A stretch of 64,000 bases of DNA from an uncultured Deinococcales bacterium (GTDB lineage: Bacteria; Deinococcota; Deinococci; Deinococcales; JAAFIG01), in assembly GCA_964247135.1 (NCBI GenBank), contig CAXTTL010000004.1:2146-66145 (forward strand), read 5' to 3'. Positions 11,213-20,817 of this stretch are shown here, piece by piece. The notes under the pieces were generated by a model. It did not search any database. It saw nothing but the letters and a program-made list of their open reading frames with translations, and was not told the origin of the DNA. The translations under genes were made by a program, and so were the position numbers. Within the stretch, counting starts at the first letter, position 1. Each line of letters opens with the position of its first letter.

Positions 11213-11938
11213 ATGTTGAACATGCAAAGAATTTCATGGAAATTAAGTCTTTTGGTATTGGTTACAAGTTTTTCATTGGTGGCTTGCCCAAGCCCAGACC
11301 CACAACCACCAACACTTGGAGCATCGCCAAAAGCAGGTAATGTGCAACTGGTCAACTGGAACGAATTGCATCCAGAGATTGGAAGTTATCAAATCAAACC
11401 CCCAGGCAAAACCCCAATCACCTTTGGCTCGATTGATACCACTGGGCATCTCAGCTATAAATTGCCTGACACGCTGGGTTATGAAGCCGCAGCCTCTCAA
11501 CTTTTTGGTACAGCCTGCACCATCACCCCAGCCAACAGCACGTTTGTACCCGCGTATTTCTTTGTCAAATCACAAAATGATCCGTCAAATCATTTGTTGT
11601 TGAGTGCAAAATTACAGTCAGGCAGCACACCAACCGTCAATGACCAGTATTTGGACGGTTGGGTGTTTGCGCCCAAAGCCTTCAGCGTAAAAGGCGCAAA
11701 AGATTGCGCACCACTGTTAAAAAATTTCTCGTTCGACCTGCAATTTCAACAAGGTTGGAACAACATTTATGACACCGCTGTCAGTCTCAGCGCCGACGGC
11801 AAACAAGTCACCGAATGGCATACCACCGCCAGCAACAGCGCCATTCCAGCAGATTTTATCTGGAAACAAGACCCCAATGCAGCCAATGTATTTTCGACGC
11901 CTGGACTCACTTCCAGGCTGGTACAAATCTTGAAATAA
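11213..11938 (+). CDS. putative lipoprotein, hypothetical
   Basis: Signal peptide with LVAC lipobox; SD AGGAGG before ATG 11213. Confidence 0.7.
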   Translation: MLNMQRISWKLSLLVLVTSFSLVACPSPDPQPPTLGASPKAGNVQLVNWNELHPEIGSYQIKPPGKTPITFGSIDTTGHLSYKLPDTLGYEAAASQLFGTACTITPANSTFVPAYFFVKSQNDPSNHLLLSAKLQSGSTPTVNDQYLDGWVFAPKAFSVKGAKDCAPLLKNFSFDLQFQQGWNNIYDTAVSLSADGKQVTEWHTTASNSAIPADFIWKQDPNAANVFSTPGLTSRLVQILK

Positions 11939-11949
11939 AACCGCAACAA

Positions 11950-11987
11950 AACCCTCGAGCTTCGGCAACCACCAAAGCTCGAGGGTT
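11950..11987. terminator. bidirectional terminator-like hairpin with CTCGAG in both arms
   Basis: AACCCTCGAGCTT ... AAGCTCGAGGGTT between the convergent lipoprotein gene and valS. Confidence 0.7.
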
Positions 11988-11993
11988 AACAAT

Positions 11994-14594
11994 TTAAAAC
12001 TGTTCGAGCACCACCTTCAAGCGCTCGAGTTGTGCGGAAAAATCCGTCACGCGACGGTTTTCTTCTTCAATCACTTCCGCAGGTGCTCGAGCCACAAAAC
12101 CTTCGTTCGAGAGCTTCCCTGTGGCTTGCGCGATTTGTTTTTCAAATTCGATCATGCGCTTTTTGGCTTTCTCGAGCCAATCGTTTTCGTCCACCAGACC
12201 TTCAAATGCCACGCGCACTTCAAGCCCGGGCGCGACGCTGGCAAGGGTTTTTCCAGTCAAAGTACCAATTTCGGCTTTGGCGAGCGCTTTGAACGTCTCG
12301 AGATTGTTGTTGACCGCCTCGAGTCCCTCACCCGCCACGCCAACTTTGATGGTTTGCGCGGGTGAAAGGTTCAGTTCCGAACGCAAGCTTCGCACGAGCG
12401 AAATGGCTTCTTTGACATAACCGAACTCGCGCAACGCGCCAGGGTCTTCGTAACCCGCTTCGGGTGACGGAAACTCGAGTTTTGAAAGTTGTTCTGAATT
12501 TGGATTGAGTGCCGCGTAAATTTCCGAGGTGATGAACGGCATGAACGGCGCAAGCATTTTCAGAATACTCTCGAGCGTGTGCTTCAAAATTTCTTGGGTC
12601 GCAGGGTTGCCAACCTTCAACGATGGCTTGGCTGCCTCAATGTACCAATCGCAGAATTCATCCCAGGTGAACGCGTAAATCGTGCGAATCGCCGCCGCCA
12701 AATCAAACGCCTCGAGTTCACGCGTGGCTTGTTCGATCACCACGTTCAACCTCGAGACAATCCAGCGATCTGCCAGGGTTGGAATCGGATCGCCCGAAGC
12801 TGGAATCTCGAGGTTCATCATGGCAAAGCGACTGGCATTCCAGAGTTTATTGGCAAAATTCCGCCCTTGCTCGTAACGCCGCTCATCGTGCTTGATGTCC
12901 TGCCCACCCGTCGCCAAAAACGCCCAAGCAAAACGACACGCATCTGCCCCAAACTTGTCCATCAACTCGAGCGGGTCAATGCCGTTGTTCTTGGACTTCG
13001 ACATTTTCTGACCCTTGGCATCCAAGTACAAACCATGCAAGACAATCGTGTGAAACGGCGCTTTCCCCGTGAACTCGAGTCCTGACATTTGCATTCTGGC
13101 AACCCAGAAGAACAAAATGTCGTAACCCGTCACGAGCACGTCGTTTGGGTAAAACTTTTTGAAATCTGGGGTTATTTCAGGCCAGCCCAGCGTCGAAAAT
13201 GGCCACAACGCACTCGAGAACCAGGTGTCAAAAACATCGGTGTCTCGAGTCAAAACTTTGTCGGCATAACGCGGGTCTTGGTCGCAATCCAAATCAGGAT
13301 TCTCGAGGCTTGGCACGTACAAATTCCCAGCCTCATCGTACCAGGCTGGCAGTTGATGCCCCCACCAAATTTGCCGCCCAATCGCCCATTCCCGAATGTT
13401 CTCGAGCCAATCGCGGTTGACTTTCGCATGGCGTTCCGGCACGAGTTTCATCTCGCCCTTGTCCAGACTCTCGAGCACCTTCCGCGCGGGTTCTTGCATG
13501 TTGCACCACCACTGCGTCATCACGAGCGGCTCGACAGGTTCTTTGGTGCGTTCCGAAATGCCAAGACTTACCTTGTAATCTTTGGCTTCAAACAAGAATT
13601 CTTGCGCCTCGAGTTCCTTGACCACCAATTTTCTTGCTGCAAAACGCTCGAGTCCCCTGAAGGCTTCAGGCACAAGGTCACTGGTGAGTTTCGCGTTCTT
13701 GTCAATCACGCTTGGCATTCCCAGGTTGTGACGCTTGCCAATCTCGAAATCGGTTGGGTCGTGCGCTGGCGTGATCTTGAGGCAACCCGTACCAAAATCC
13801 ATTTCCACCGCTTCGTCCGCAATGATCGGCACAAAACGATTCGTCAGCGGAATTTGCACGCGTTTGCCGATCAAACTCGAGAAGCGTTCATCATTCGGAT
13901 GCACCGCCACCGCCTGATCCGCAAAAATCGTTTCGGGGCGCACCGTCGCCACCATCATCTCACCCGAACCATCTTCGAGCTTGTAAATGAGTGTGTACAT
14001 CTTTCCCTGACGTTCCTCACGATCCACCTCGAGATCGGACAGCACCGTTTGCGCCACAGGGTCCCAGTTGACGATGCGCTCACCACGGTACGCCATGCCC
14101 TTATGGAAGTATTGAACGAAGGTGTGCCGCACGGCTCGAGACAAGCCTTCATCCATCGTGAAGCGTTCCCGCGACCAATCCGCGCTGACCCCAAGGCGTT
14201 GCAACTGCTTTAAAATCGTGCCGCCGTTCCTGTCCTGAAACTCCCAAACGCGCTCGAGAAACTTTTCGCGCCCCAAATCGTGCCGTGTTTTCCCCTCGAG
14301 CGTCAATTCTTTCTCCACCAGCACTTGCGTACTGATGCCCGCGTGATCCGTTCCAGGCAAGTACAACGCCTCGAAACCCGCCATGCGTTTGAAACGCGTC
14401 AAAATATCAATGATCGTGTTGTCCAACGCATGACCCAAGTGCAAACTGCCCGTCACGTTCGGCGGAGGAATCACAATCGTAAACGCGGGTTTGCTCGAGG
14501 TTTCATCGGCGCGGAACGTGCCTGGTTTAGCCCATTGTTCAGCCCAGGTTGGTTCGACGGTGGCGGGATCGTAAGATTTATTCAGTTCATTCAT
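11994..14594 (-). CDS. valS: valine--tRNA ligase
   Basis: PPPNVTGSLHLGH, GTDHAGI, DTWFSSALWP, KMSKS, C-terminal coiled coil (FVARAPAEV); start MNELNKSY at 14594. Confidence 0.97.
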   Translation of the reverse strand: MNELNKSYDPATVEPTWAEQWAKPGTFRADETSSKPAFTIVIPPPNVTGSLHLGHALDNTIIDILTRFKRMAGFEALYLPGTDHAGISTQVLVEKELTLEGKTRHDLGREKFLERVWEFQDRNGGTILKQLQRLGVSADWSRERFTMDEGLSRAVRHTFVQYFHKGMAYRGERIVNWDPVAQTVLSDLEVDREERQGKMYTLIYKLEDGSGEMMVATVRPETIFADQAVAVHPNDERFSSLIGKRVQIPLTNRFVPIIADEAVEMDFGTGCLKITPAHDPTDFEIGKRHNLGMPSVIDKNAKLTSDLVPEAFRGLERFAARKLVVKELEAQEFLFEAKDYKVSLGISERTKEPVEPLVMTQWWCNMQEPARKVLESLDKGEMKLVPERHAKVNRDWLENIREWAIGRQIWWGHQLPAWYDEAGNLYVPSLENPDLDCDQDPRYADKVLTRDTDVFDTWFSSALWPFSTLGWPEITPDFKKFYPNDVLVTGYDILFFWVARMQMSGLEFTGKAPFHTIVLHGLYLDAKGQKMSKSKNNGIDPLELMDKFGADACRFAWAFLATGGQDIKHDERRYEQGRNFANKLWNASRFAMMNLEIPASGDPIPTLADRWIVSRLNVVIEQATRELEAFDLAAAIRTIYAFTWDEFCDWYIEAAKPSLKVGNPATQEILKHTLESILKMLAPFMPFITSEIYAALNPNSEQLSKLEFPSPEAGYEDPGALREFGYVKEAISLVRSLRSELNLSPAQTIKVGVAGEGLEAVNNNLETFKALAKAEIGTLTGKTLASVAPGLEVRVAFEGLVDENDWLEKAKKRMIEFEKQIAQATGKLSNEGFVARAPAEVIEEENRRVTDFSAQLERLKVVLEQF

Positions 14595-15429
14595 GGTGTT
14601 CACTTCTTTCATAGTATTCGCCAGCTTCTTCTTCAATTACCGAAATTTCAAATTTTCCTAACGGGTTACTTGAGTAAAACTCAACATCAAAAAACGGATG
14701 TCCGTAAATATTAGCTTCATTTTCAAAAGTATATTTCCAATTTTCACAAATTATTGAATCTTCTTTAATTTCTAATCTTCCTTCACAAATATCTTTATAG
14801 TTTTTGTATATACCTAGTCGATTATAATAGTCTATAAATCTAATTTTACAATATCTTCCCAAAATACTATAAATTGGATTATCATACTCAGAATATTTCC
14901 ATTTTGTTTTTTCATACTCAGTAGTTGATCCTAAATTTATATTTATTGCAAATCCGCATATTTCATACATTTTTTCAAAGTTCCTTCTTGATTTATTATC
15001 TAAAAATTCTAATTTCACTTCATTTAATATTTTATTTCGCAATTTTTCATCAATTTTTAAACGAATATACCTGATTTTTGGTTTTTTTATTAAAAAATAT
15101 GGAGTTTCAATATAAGAATAGTCGCCAAAAAGTATTGACTGTATTACTTCAAACGAAAACTTCTGAAAATCATGTTCTCTAACTAATTTTACGAAACCTA
15201 AATTCGACCATTGTTTCTCTTTTGCTATTTTAATAAGAGCAGAAAAAGATTCTTCCGTGATCTCTCCAGCCTTTCTTTTCTTTCCAAATATTTGAGTAAT
15301 CGATTTACTCATTAAATTTCGCATTTTCCTCTCTTCTAAAGGAATTTTAGCGGTTAACCAACTAACTTCAAAATAAAAAATAACTTTCATGTTCCATGAA
15401 TCAGGGATATCTCGAGTATCACCATTCAT
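14587..15429 (-). CDS. AT-rich hypothetical protein, divergent paralog of 16487-17293
   Basis: Long ORF in very AT-rich DNA; shares DxPxxW..WLT and SExDNP..S.xG..C..G(R/K)LEI..W..xFEN motifs with the upstream ORF. Confidence 0.7.
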   Translation of the reverse strand: MNGDTRDIPDSWNMKVIFYFEVSWLTAKIPLEERKMRNLMSKSITQIFGKKRKAGEITEESFSALIKIAKEKQWSNLGFVKLVREHDFQKFSFEVIQSILFGDYSYIETPYFLIKKPKIRYIRLKIDEKLRNKILNEVKLEFLDNKSRRNFEKMYEICGFAININLGSTTEYEKTKWKYSEYDNPIYSILGRYCKIRFIDYYNRLGIYKNYKDICEGRLEIKEDSIICENWKYTFENEANIYGHPFFDVEFYSSNPLGKFEISVIEEEAGEYYERSEHHE

Positions 15430-15571
15430 CGTTTCTTCCTTTCTCACTGTCTATTTTCAATTTAATCTCAAATTCTTGATTCTTGTATACGATTATGACC
15501 TGCTCGCCTGCCGCAACTCTATCCAATAAAACTTCCAGGTTCGCCTTGGCTTCTTCTATCGAAACTGTCAT
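15419..15571 (-). CDS. short Phd/YefM-like antitoxin (50 aa, not in ORF track)
   Basis: SD GGAGG then MTVSIEEAKANLEVLLDRVAAGEQVIIVYKNQEFEIKLKIDSEKGRNDEW*, a typical Phd N-terminal DNA-binding pattern. Confidence 0.65.
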   Translation of the reverse strand: MTVSIEEAKANLEVLLDRVAAGEQVIIVYKNQEFEIKLKIDSEKGRNDEW

Positions 15572-15609
15572 GCTCGAGCCTCCTATAGAAATGTCGGTTT
15601 TGCGCTAAA

Positions 15610-15670
15610 CATCATCCAATCGCGCCAATTCCGCCTCGAGTTGCGCGATGGTCGGCAAATCCGTCTCGAG
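15610..15670. repeat. 61-bp direct repeat, copy 1
   Basis: CATCATCCAATCGCGCCAATTCCGCCTCGAGTTGCGCGATGGTCGGCAAATCCGTCTCGAG; 2 mismatches to copy 2. Confidence 0.9.
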
Positions 15671-15723
15671 GTTTGTTGATTCGCCTGAAAATGTGCCGCA
15701 ACTTGTGACACAAATACCAATGG

Positions 15724-16104
15724 TCAAATTCGTGCATTAGTACCTTTTCGTTCTGCCAGTAACGTCGCAACCATTTGATTTAAACTCACGCCATTGCGTT
15801 CGGCTTCTTCGGCAAGGTGCTGATGCAAATTGCTGGGCAGCCGCACCACAAAACGCCCACTGTATTTTTTGGCAGCACTCGGAACAGGGATTGGATTCCC
15901 TAACTCGAGGTTGACTTTGATCCAAGCATATTTTGCGTCTTCTATCATCTCGAGCGCTTCTTCTAGGGTTTCGCCTTGCGTGATGCAGCCTGGTAAATCT
16001 TTGAGTTCGATGGTGTAACCACCTTCAACTTCGGGGTACAACGTGATTGGGTACACGAGCTTTTGGTAATCCTCGAGTTTCAAACTTTTGGTCTTGGTTT
16101 TCAT
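15724..16104 (-). CDS. hicB: HicB family antitoxin
   Basis: GGY...KDLPGCITQGETLEEALEMIEDA plus C-terminal RHH YSGRFVVRLPSNLHQHLAEEAERNGVSLNQ. Confidence 0.9.
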   Translation of the reverse strand: MKTKTKSLKLEDYQKLVYPITLYPEVEGGYTIELKDLPGCITQGETLEEALEMIEDAKYAWIKVNLELGNPIPVPSAAKKYSGRFVVRLPSNLHQHLAEEAERNGVSLNQMVATLLAERKGTNARI

Positions 16105-16355
16105 TGTGCCTCCAAGTATTCGCGCAAGCCTAAATCTTCGATCATGGTTTTAACGTAATGCGCCTTCACGTGTCTGCCGCTGATTGTTGGTACTGCCCTG
16201 GTTCTGGTTTGATCTGGTGAGACAAGAATGTTGGTGTGTTTGCCGCCTGTGCGAAGCGTCCAACCGAAAAACAAGTAAATTTTGATCACGTCTTCAATGT
16301 CGGTACTTGTCGGTAACAACAAAAGTTTTTCAATGAGTTTGCGGATTTTAGACAT
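16101..16355 (-). CDS. hicA: HicA family toxin
   Basis: Small basic protein with FGW...GGKH motif and VKAHYVK; ATGA-coupled to hicB. Confidence 0.8.
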   Translation of the reverse strand: MSKIRKLIEKLLLLPTSTDIEDVIKIYLFFGWTLRTGGKHTNILVSPDQTRTRAVPTISGRHVKAHYVKTMIEDLGLREYLEAQ

Positions 16356-16415
16356 TTAACGTTCCTTTGTGATACTACTCGTAGTGTCATTCGTGGTCAA
16401 ATTTGGGCAATCTCG

Positions 16416-16476
16416 CATCATCCAACCGCGCCAATTCCGCCTCGAGTTGCGCGATGGTCGGTAAATCCGTCTCGAG
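16416..16476. repeat. 61-bp direct repeat, copy 2
   Basis: CATCATCCAACCGCGCCAATTCCGCCTCGAGTTGCGCGATGGTCGGTAAATCCGTCTCGAG. Confidence 0.9.
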
Positions 16477-16486
16477 TTTTTGCATT

Positions 16487-17293
16487 TCAATCTTCATCAT
16501 CGTTTTCAATCGACGGATATGAAAGGTTAAAAAGATAAAAAGTGTCTTCTTGCTCGTCATGCACAGATGCTTCTTCAAAAGCGACACCCGAAACTTCATC
16601 CTGATTTTCAAATTCTTTAGACCAAGAACCTACCCGTACCATGTTTCCATCAATCTCGAGTTTGCCGCTGGCAACATCTTCCCAATCGTGTCCTTCTCCT
16701 TTGAAAACCTCACATTCAAGCCCAATCATGCTGCGAACTGGGTTGTCAACTTCAGAAAAAGTGGTTTCAAACTCGTCACGAAATGGCAATCCTTCAATCG
16801 AGGCATTCAAGGCGTATTCGCCAACTTCAACAAAGGCGTCACGAACAAAATCAAATTGACTGATGTTTACTTTGGGTGTCTCGAGTTGACGGATCAATTC
16901 GAGTCGTTGGGCTTTGAAAGGCTTTGCTGGAGCTTCAAAGTTGTCACTTTGCTCAAACAGAGAAAATGCCAAACGACCTACTGAACCGGCACTAAAATCC
17001 GAATTTTTAATCAATTTTCTGGCTTCGTTTAATATTTCCTCGAGCGAATCTGCAAACTTGGTGGCGACGTTAAAGTACATAAACCAACCTGGGTATCGCT
17101 CTGAAATACCACCTTTGGGCAATTCTGCAATTCTTTCATCCAGTTCTTGTTCTTCCAATGACTCGAGCATCTCAGGATCGGTTTTTTGTTGCTCTTTACT
17201 TTGGATTTTGGTTAACCAATGCACACGAAGGTTGTAATGTGGTTTTTCTTGCCAGTTTGGTGGCAAGTCTGGTGATTTTGGATCGATTTTCAT
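16487..17293 (-). CDS. hypothetical acidic protein, paralog of 14587-15429
   Basis: Start MKIDPKSPDLPPNW with SD GGAGGG, ATGA-coupled to the NUDIX gene. Confidence 0.75.
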   Translation of the reverse strand: MKIDPKSPDLPPNWQEKPHYNLRVHWLTKIQSKEQQKTDPEMLESLEEQELDERIAELPKGGISERYPGWFMYFNVATKFADSLEEILNEARKLIKNSDFSAGSVGRLAFSLFEQSDNFEAPAKPFKAQRLELIRQLETPKVNISQFDFVRDAFVEVGEYALNASIEGLPFRDEFETTFSEVDNPVRSMIGLECEVFKGEGHDWEDVASGKLEIDGNMVRVGSWSKEFENQDEVSGVAFEEASVHDEQEDTFYLFNLSYPSIENDDED

Positions 17294-18549
17294 AGACCCT
17301 CCTTCAATTTCTCGAGCATCAAATCCAACTTCCATGCCAGTTTGACATCCTCGAGTTTGACAAATTCTTGTCGGTACACTTCATTGGTATCTTCGCCGCC
17401 ACCTGTGACCACATGCTCCCAGGAATCTCGAGTTTCAAGGGTTTCAAACCAAAAATAATGCCAGAGTTGCGGGTTTGTGGCGCCCATAAAATTTGGTGGG
17501 GCTTGAATCAATTCCGAACCTAAAAAAACGGGTTTCTCGAGTTTCAACCCAGCTTCTTCCAGCGCCTCTCGGGTTGCGGCGTGCGCCAGGGTTTCACCGT
17601 CGTCAATGCCGCCAGCCACGACTTGAGCGCCAGCGGTCAGTTGCGGGTCGTTGTGGTCAAACACCAGCAGTTCTTTGCGGTTACGCGTGATGTAGCAGAC
17701 CACCCGCTCTCGAGATGCCATGCGTTTTTTGAGGGCTGGAATAAACGCGTCCATTTCCCAGTCAATGCCTGGTTGCTCGAGTGGCATAAATTCGTGGTGA
17801 AAGTTCATGCCAGCATCAAGTTTGCCTGAACTGACCTTATGCGTCCAAGCATCGGACGTGTTCGGATCGACCTCGAGCCAAAAGTAATGTTCTAATTGTG
17901 GTCCGTATTTTGAAGATTGCCGAACTCGAGCGCCTAAAAACACGGGCGTTTGGGTCAAACTCAAACCTGTTTCCTCGAGCACTTCACGCAGCACCCCAAG
18001 CTCGAGGGTTTCGTTTTCTTCGAGTCCGCCGCCTGGGACTTGCACGCCAGCGTCGGGGTAAAAGTGGTCATGTTTAAACACCAAAATTTCGTCTCGGTTG
18101 CGCGTTAAGTACGCCAGCACCCGAGGACGGGCGGTCAATGCCTCGAGCAATTTAGGAAGCCCAACCGCCATGTCCCACTCGAGTTTGACTTGCTCGAGCG
18201 GAATAAATTTGTGCTGGTAGGTTCTGGGTTGATCGAATTCGTTGCTCGAGCCATTGGTTGTCCAAGTGTCAGGAGTTTCAGGCTTGGCTTGAAACCAAAC
18301 GTAATGCACCAATTCGGCGTTGGTCTCCCCTTCCCAACTGAATTCCCAGATTTGAGAATCCAGCAAAATTGGAGGCTCGAGGCTTAAACCCGTCTCAAGT
18401 TGCAAAATTCGGCTGGCGGCATCCAATGGCGTTTCAGATGGCTCGAGTGCAGCTTTGACGACTTGCATGGCTGACCAACGCGGGTCGGGTTGCGTGAACA
18501 CCAGCAATTGTTGGTTTTTAGAAATGTAAAGAACGCATTGTTGTTTCAC
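17290..18549 (-). CDS. triple-domain NUDIX hydrolase
   Basis: Three repeats; Nudix boxes GGGLEENETLELGVLREVLEETGL and GGIDDGETLAHAATREALEEAGL, first box degenerate (AALEPSETPLDAASRILQLETGL); likely GTG start 18549. Confidence 0.85.
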   Translation of the reverse strand: MKQQCVLYISKNQQLLVFTQPDPRWSAMQVVKAALEPSETPLDAASRILQLETGLSLEPPILLDSQIWEFSWEGETNAELVHYVWFQAKPETPDTWTTNGSSNEFDQPRTYQHKFIPLEQVKLEWDMAVGLPKLLEALTARPRVLAYLTRNRDEILVFKHDHFYPDAGVQVPGGGLEENETLELGVLREVLEETGLSLTQTPVFLGARVRQSSKYGPQLEHYFWLEVDPNTSDAWTHKVSSGKLDAGMNFHHEFMPLEQPGIDWEMDAFIPALKKRMASRERVVCYITRNRKELLVFDHNDPQLTAGAQVVAGGIDDGETLAHAATREALEEAGLKLEKPVFLGSELIQAPPNFMGATNPQLWHYFWFETLETRDSWEHVVTGGGEDTNEVYRQEFVKLEDVKLAWKLDLMLEKLKEGL

Positions 18550-18559
18550 GGCTGCTCCA

Positions 18560-18800
18560 ATCAAAAAATCCCATCCGCCATTTCTTCATGCGGACGAGAC
18601 AGGAGTCCCGCGATACCACCGCTTTTCCCCAAAAGGGGCACTCAATCACGCTGTGACGGGCGTTCCCGAAGGGTTCTAATCTGGCAATGCCATTTCTTCC
18701 CTTGACCTGCTCGGGCGACGTTCGCTGGCTTCTGCTCAGGATTCCTTTCAGCCTCGAGAATCCCTCTCTTGGAGCGCAACACCAGGTACTGTTCCCGAGG
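18560..18800 (-). ncRNA. T-box riboswitch, Val (GUC) specifier
   Basis: Minus strand: GGGAACAGUA...AGAGAG...GCUGAAAG stem I motifs, GAAC-GUC-G-CCC specifier loop (18719-18717), T-box GCGGUGGUAUCGCG (18622-18609), then terminator CGUCCGC..GCGGAUG..UUUUUU. Confidence 0.85.
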
Positions 18801-18909
18801 TTTAGTATAGCTCGAGTTTGGTTTTTGCGAAAGTGCGTCAGCAATTTTGCGCATTCGGTAGGCTCGAGTTACAAATTTGAAAACCGAAAAACGTTAACAT
18901 GCGCACAAC

Positions 18910-20703
18910 ATGATAGACATTGCCGATAAACTTCCACATTGGAACACCATCACCCTCTTCCCAAGCCTGGCGTCACCAGAATTTGAAGCGGCGTTTAAAG
19001 AGGTATTCGGACATGTTCAAAACCTCGAGCAAATTTGTGATACGCACAACATCCAGAAGCTCGAGACGCCGCCCAGTACCGAAGCTGCACTGAAAGCCTT
19101 CGAGGAATATTTTCCAGAATCCGTGAAGTTCATGACCGCCTCGAAGCTGGTCAGCGCCTTTATTTCGTGCTTTACCAGCACCGACTCTAGGAACGATCTG
19201 GCGCAAGCCAAAGCCAGCGAGTTGCAACAGGCATATGTGCGCAGCAGCAAAGTCACGACGCGGTTTTACGCTTGGCTCGAGAACATTGATTTAAAACCAT
19301 TGCTCGAGCAGTCTAAGCTCGCCAAAGACCATCAATTTGTACTCAAGAAAATCCAATCCGACGCCAAGCATCAAATGTCACCGCTCGAGGAGGATTTGGC
19401 TGCCAGCCTCAACCCGAGCGGCTCGAGCGCCTGGGCGAAACTGCATGGCAACATCACCTCAAGGTTGATGGTCCAGGTCAGCGATGCGGTGCTGCCCATG
19501 AGCGCCGTGCGCGGCTTGGCGCGACATGTCGAGGCGACAACCAGGGAAGATGCCTTCAAAGCCGAACTCGAGGCTTGGGAGACGGTGAGCGTACCGCTCG
19601 CCGCTGCCCTCAATTCGATCAAGGGCGAGGTCAACGTGAAAAATGCTCGGCGCGGTTATATCGATTCGCTCGAGCCGAGTTTGAATACCGCCAACATTGA
19701 CCGCGAAACCCTGAGCGCCATGCAAGCCGCTTGCGTGGCATCGTTCTCAGATTTCAGGCGCTATTTTAAAGCCAAAGCGAAATTGTTGGGGCGCAAAAAC
19801 GGTTTGCTGTGGTGCGATTTGTTCGCGCCGGTCGGCACAAGCTCGAGCACCTGGACTTACGCCGAGAGTACCGAATTTGTCGCCAAGAATTTTGGCACGT
19901 ACTCGAAAAAACTCGAGGATTACGCCCGAGAGGCGTTTGACAAGAATTGGATCGACGCCGAACCGCGCAACGGCAAACGCGACGGCGCTTTCTGCATGGG
20001 CGTCCGTGAAGGCGAAAGCCGCATTTTAATGAACTTTGAACCGAGCTTGGATAGCGTTTCAACCTTAGCGCACGAACTCGGACACGGCTATCACAACCTC
20101 TGCCTCAAAGACCGCACGCCCTGGCAGCGTCAAACCCCGATGACCCTCGCCGAAACCGCCAGCATTTTTTGTGAAACCATCATCATGAAAGCCGCCCTCG
20201 CCAAAGCCACGGGCACGGAAAAACTCGGGATGCTCGAGAATGACATTCAAGGACATGGGCAAATTGTGGTGGACATTCATTCGAGGTTCTTGTTTGAATC
20301 CAAGCTGTTTAAAGCCAGAGAAAAACGCGAACTGAGCGTCGAAGAACTCAAAAACCTGATGCTCGAGGCACAACTCGAGACCTACGGTGATGGACTTGAC
20401 CCGAGTGCGCTTCACCCGTACATGTGGGCGGTCAAAGGGCATTATTATTCGGGCGGTTTGTCGTATTACAATTACCCGTACACCTTTGGTTTGTTGTTCG
20501 GGTTGGGCTTGTACGCCAAATACCTTCAAGACCCTGAAGCCTTCAAAACCAGTTACGACGATTTGCTCTCGAGCACGGGCATGGCGGATGCTGCAACCTT
20601 GGGTGCGCGGTTTGGAATCAATACTCGAGATACGGCGTTTTGGACCTCGAGCCTCGATCAGATTAGGGTCAACATCAACGAATTTGTGGCGTTGGTCGGG
20701 TAA
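18910..20703 (+). CDS. pepF: M3 family oligoendopeptidase F
   Basis: GKRDGAFC, TLAHELGHGYH, LAETASIFCE, YYNYPYTFG. Confidence 0.93.
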   Translation: MIDIADKLPHWNTITLFPSLASPEFEAAFKEVFGHVQNLEQICDTHNIQKLETPPSTEAALKAFEEYFPESVKFMTASKLVSAFISCFTSTDSRNDLAQAKASELQQAYVRSSKVTTRFYAWLENIDLKPLLEQSKLAKDHQFVLKKIQSDAKHQMSPLEEDLAASLNPSGSSAWAKLHGNITSRLMVQVSDAVLPMSAVRGLARHVEATTREDAFKAELEAWETVSVPLAAALNSIKGEVNVKNARRGYIDSLEPSLNTANIDRETLSAMQAACVASFSDFRRYFKAKAKLLGRKNGLLWCDLFAPVGTSSSTWTYAESTEFVAKNFGTYSKKLEDYAREAFDKNWIDAEPRNGKRDGAFCMGVREGESRILMNFEPSLDSVSTLAHELGHGYHNLCLKDRTPWQRQTPMTLAETASIFCETIIMKAALAKATGTEKLGMLENDIQGHGQIVVDIHSRFLFESKLFKAREKRELSVEELKNLMLEAQLETYGDGLDPSALHPYMWAVKGHYYSGGLSYYNYPYTFGLLFGLGLYAKYLQDPEAFKTSYDDLLSSTGMADAATLGARFGINTRDTAFWTSSLDQIRVNINEFVALVG

Positions 20704-20817
20704 CTACCACCACTCGAGCAGCACATGAAACTCGAGTGCTGAAACGCCTTGACCCGTTTTGTACTTGCGAACCAAGAGGTACTCTCGCCTCTACGGCATG
20801 AACAGGGGTACTACCAC

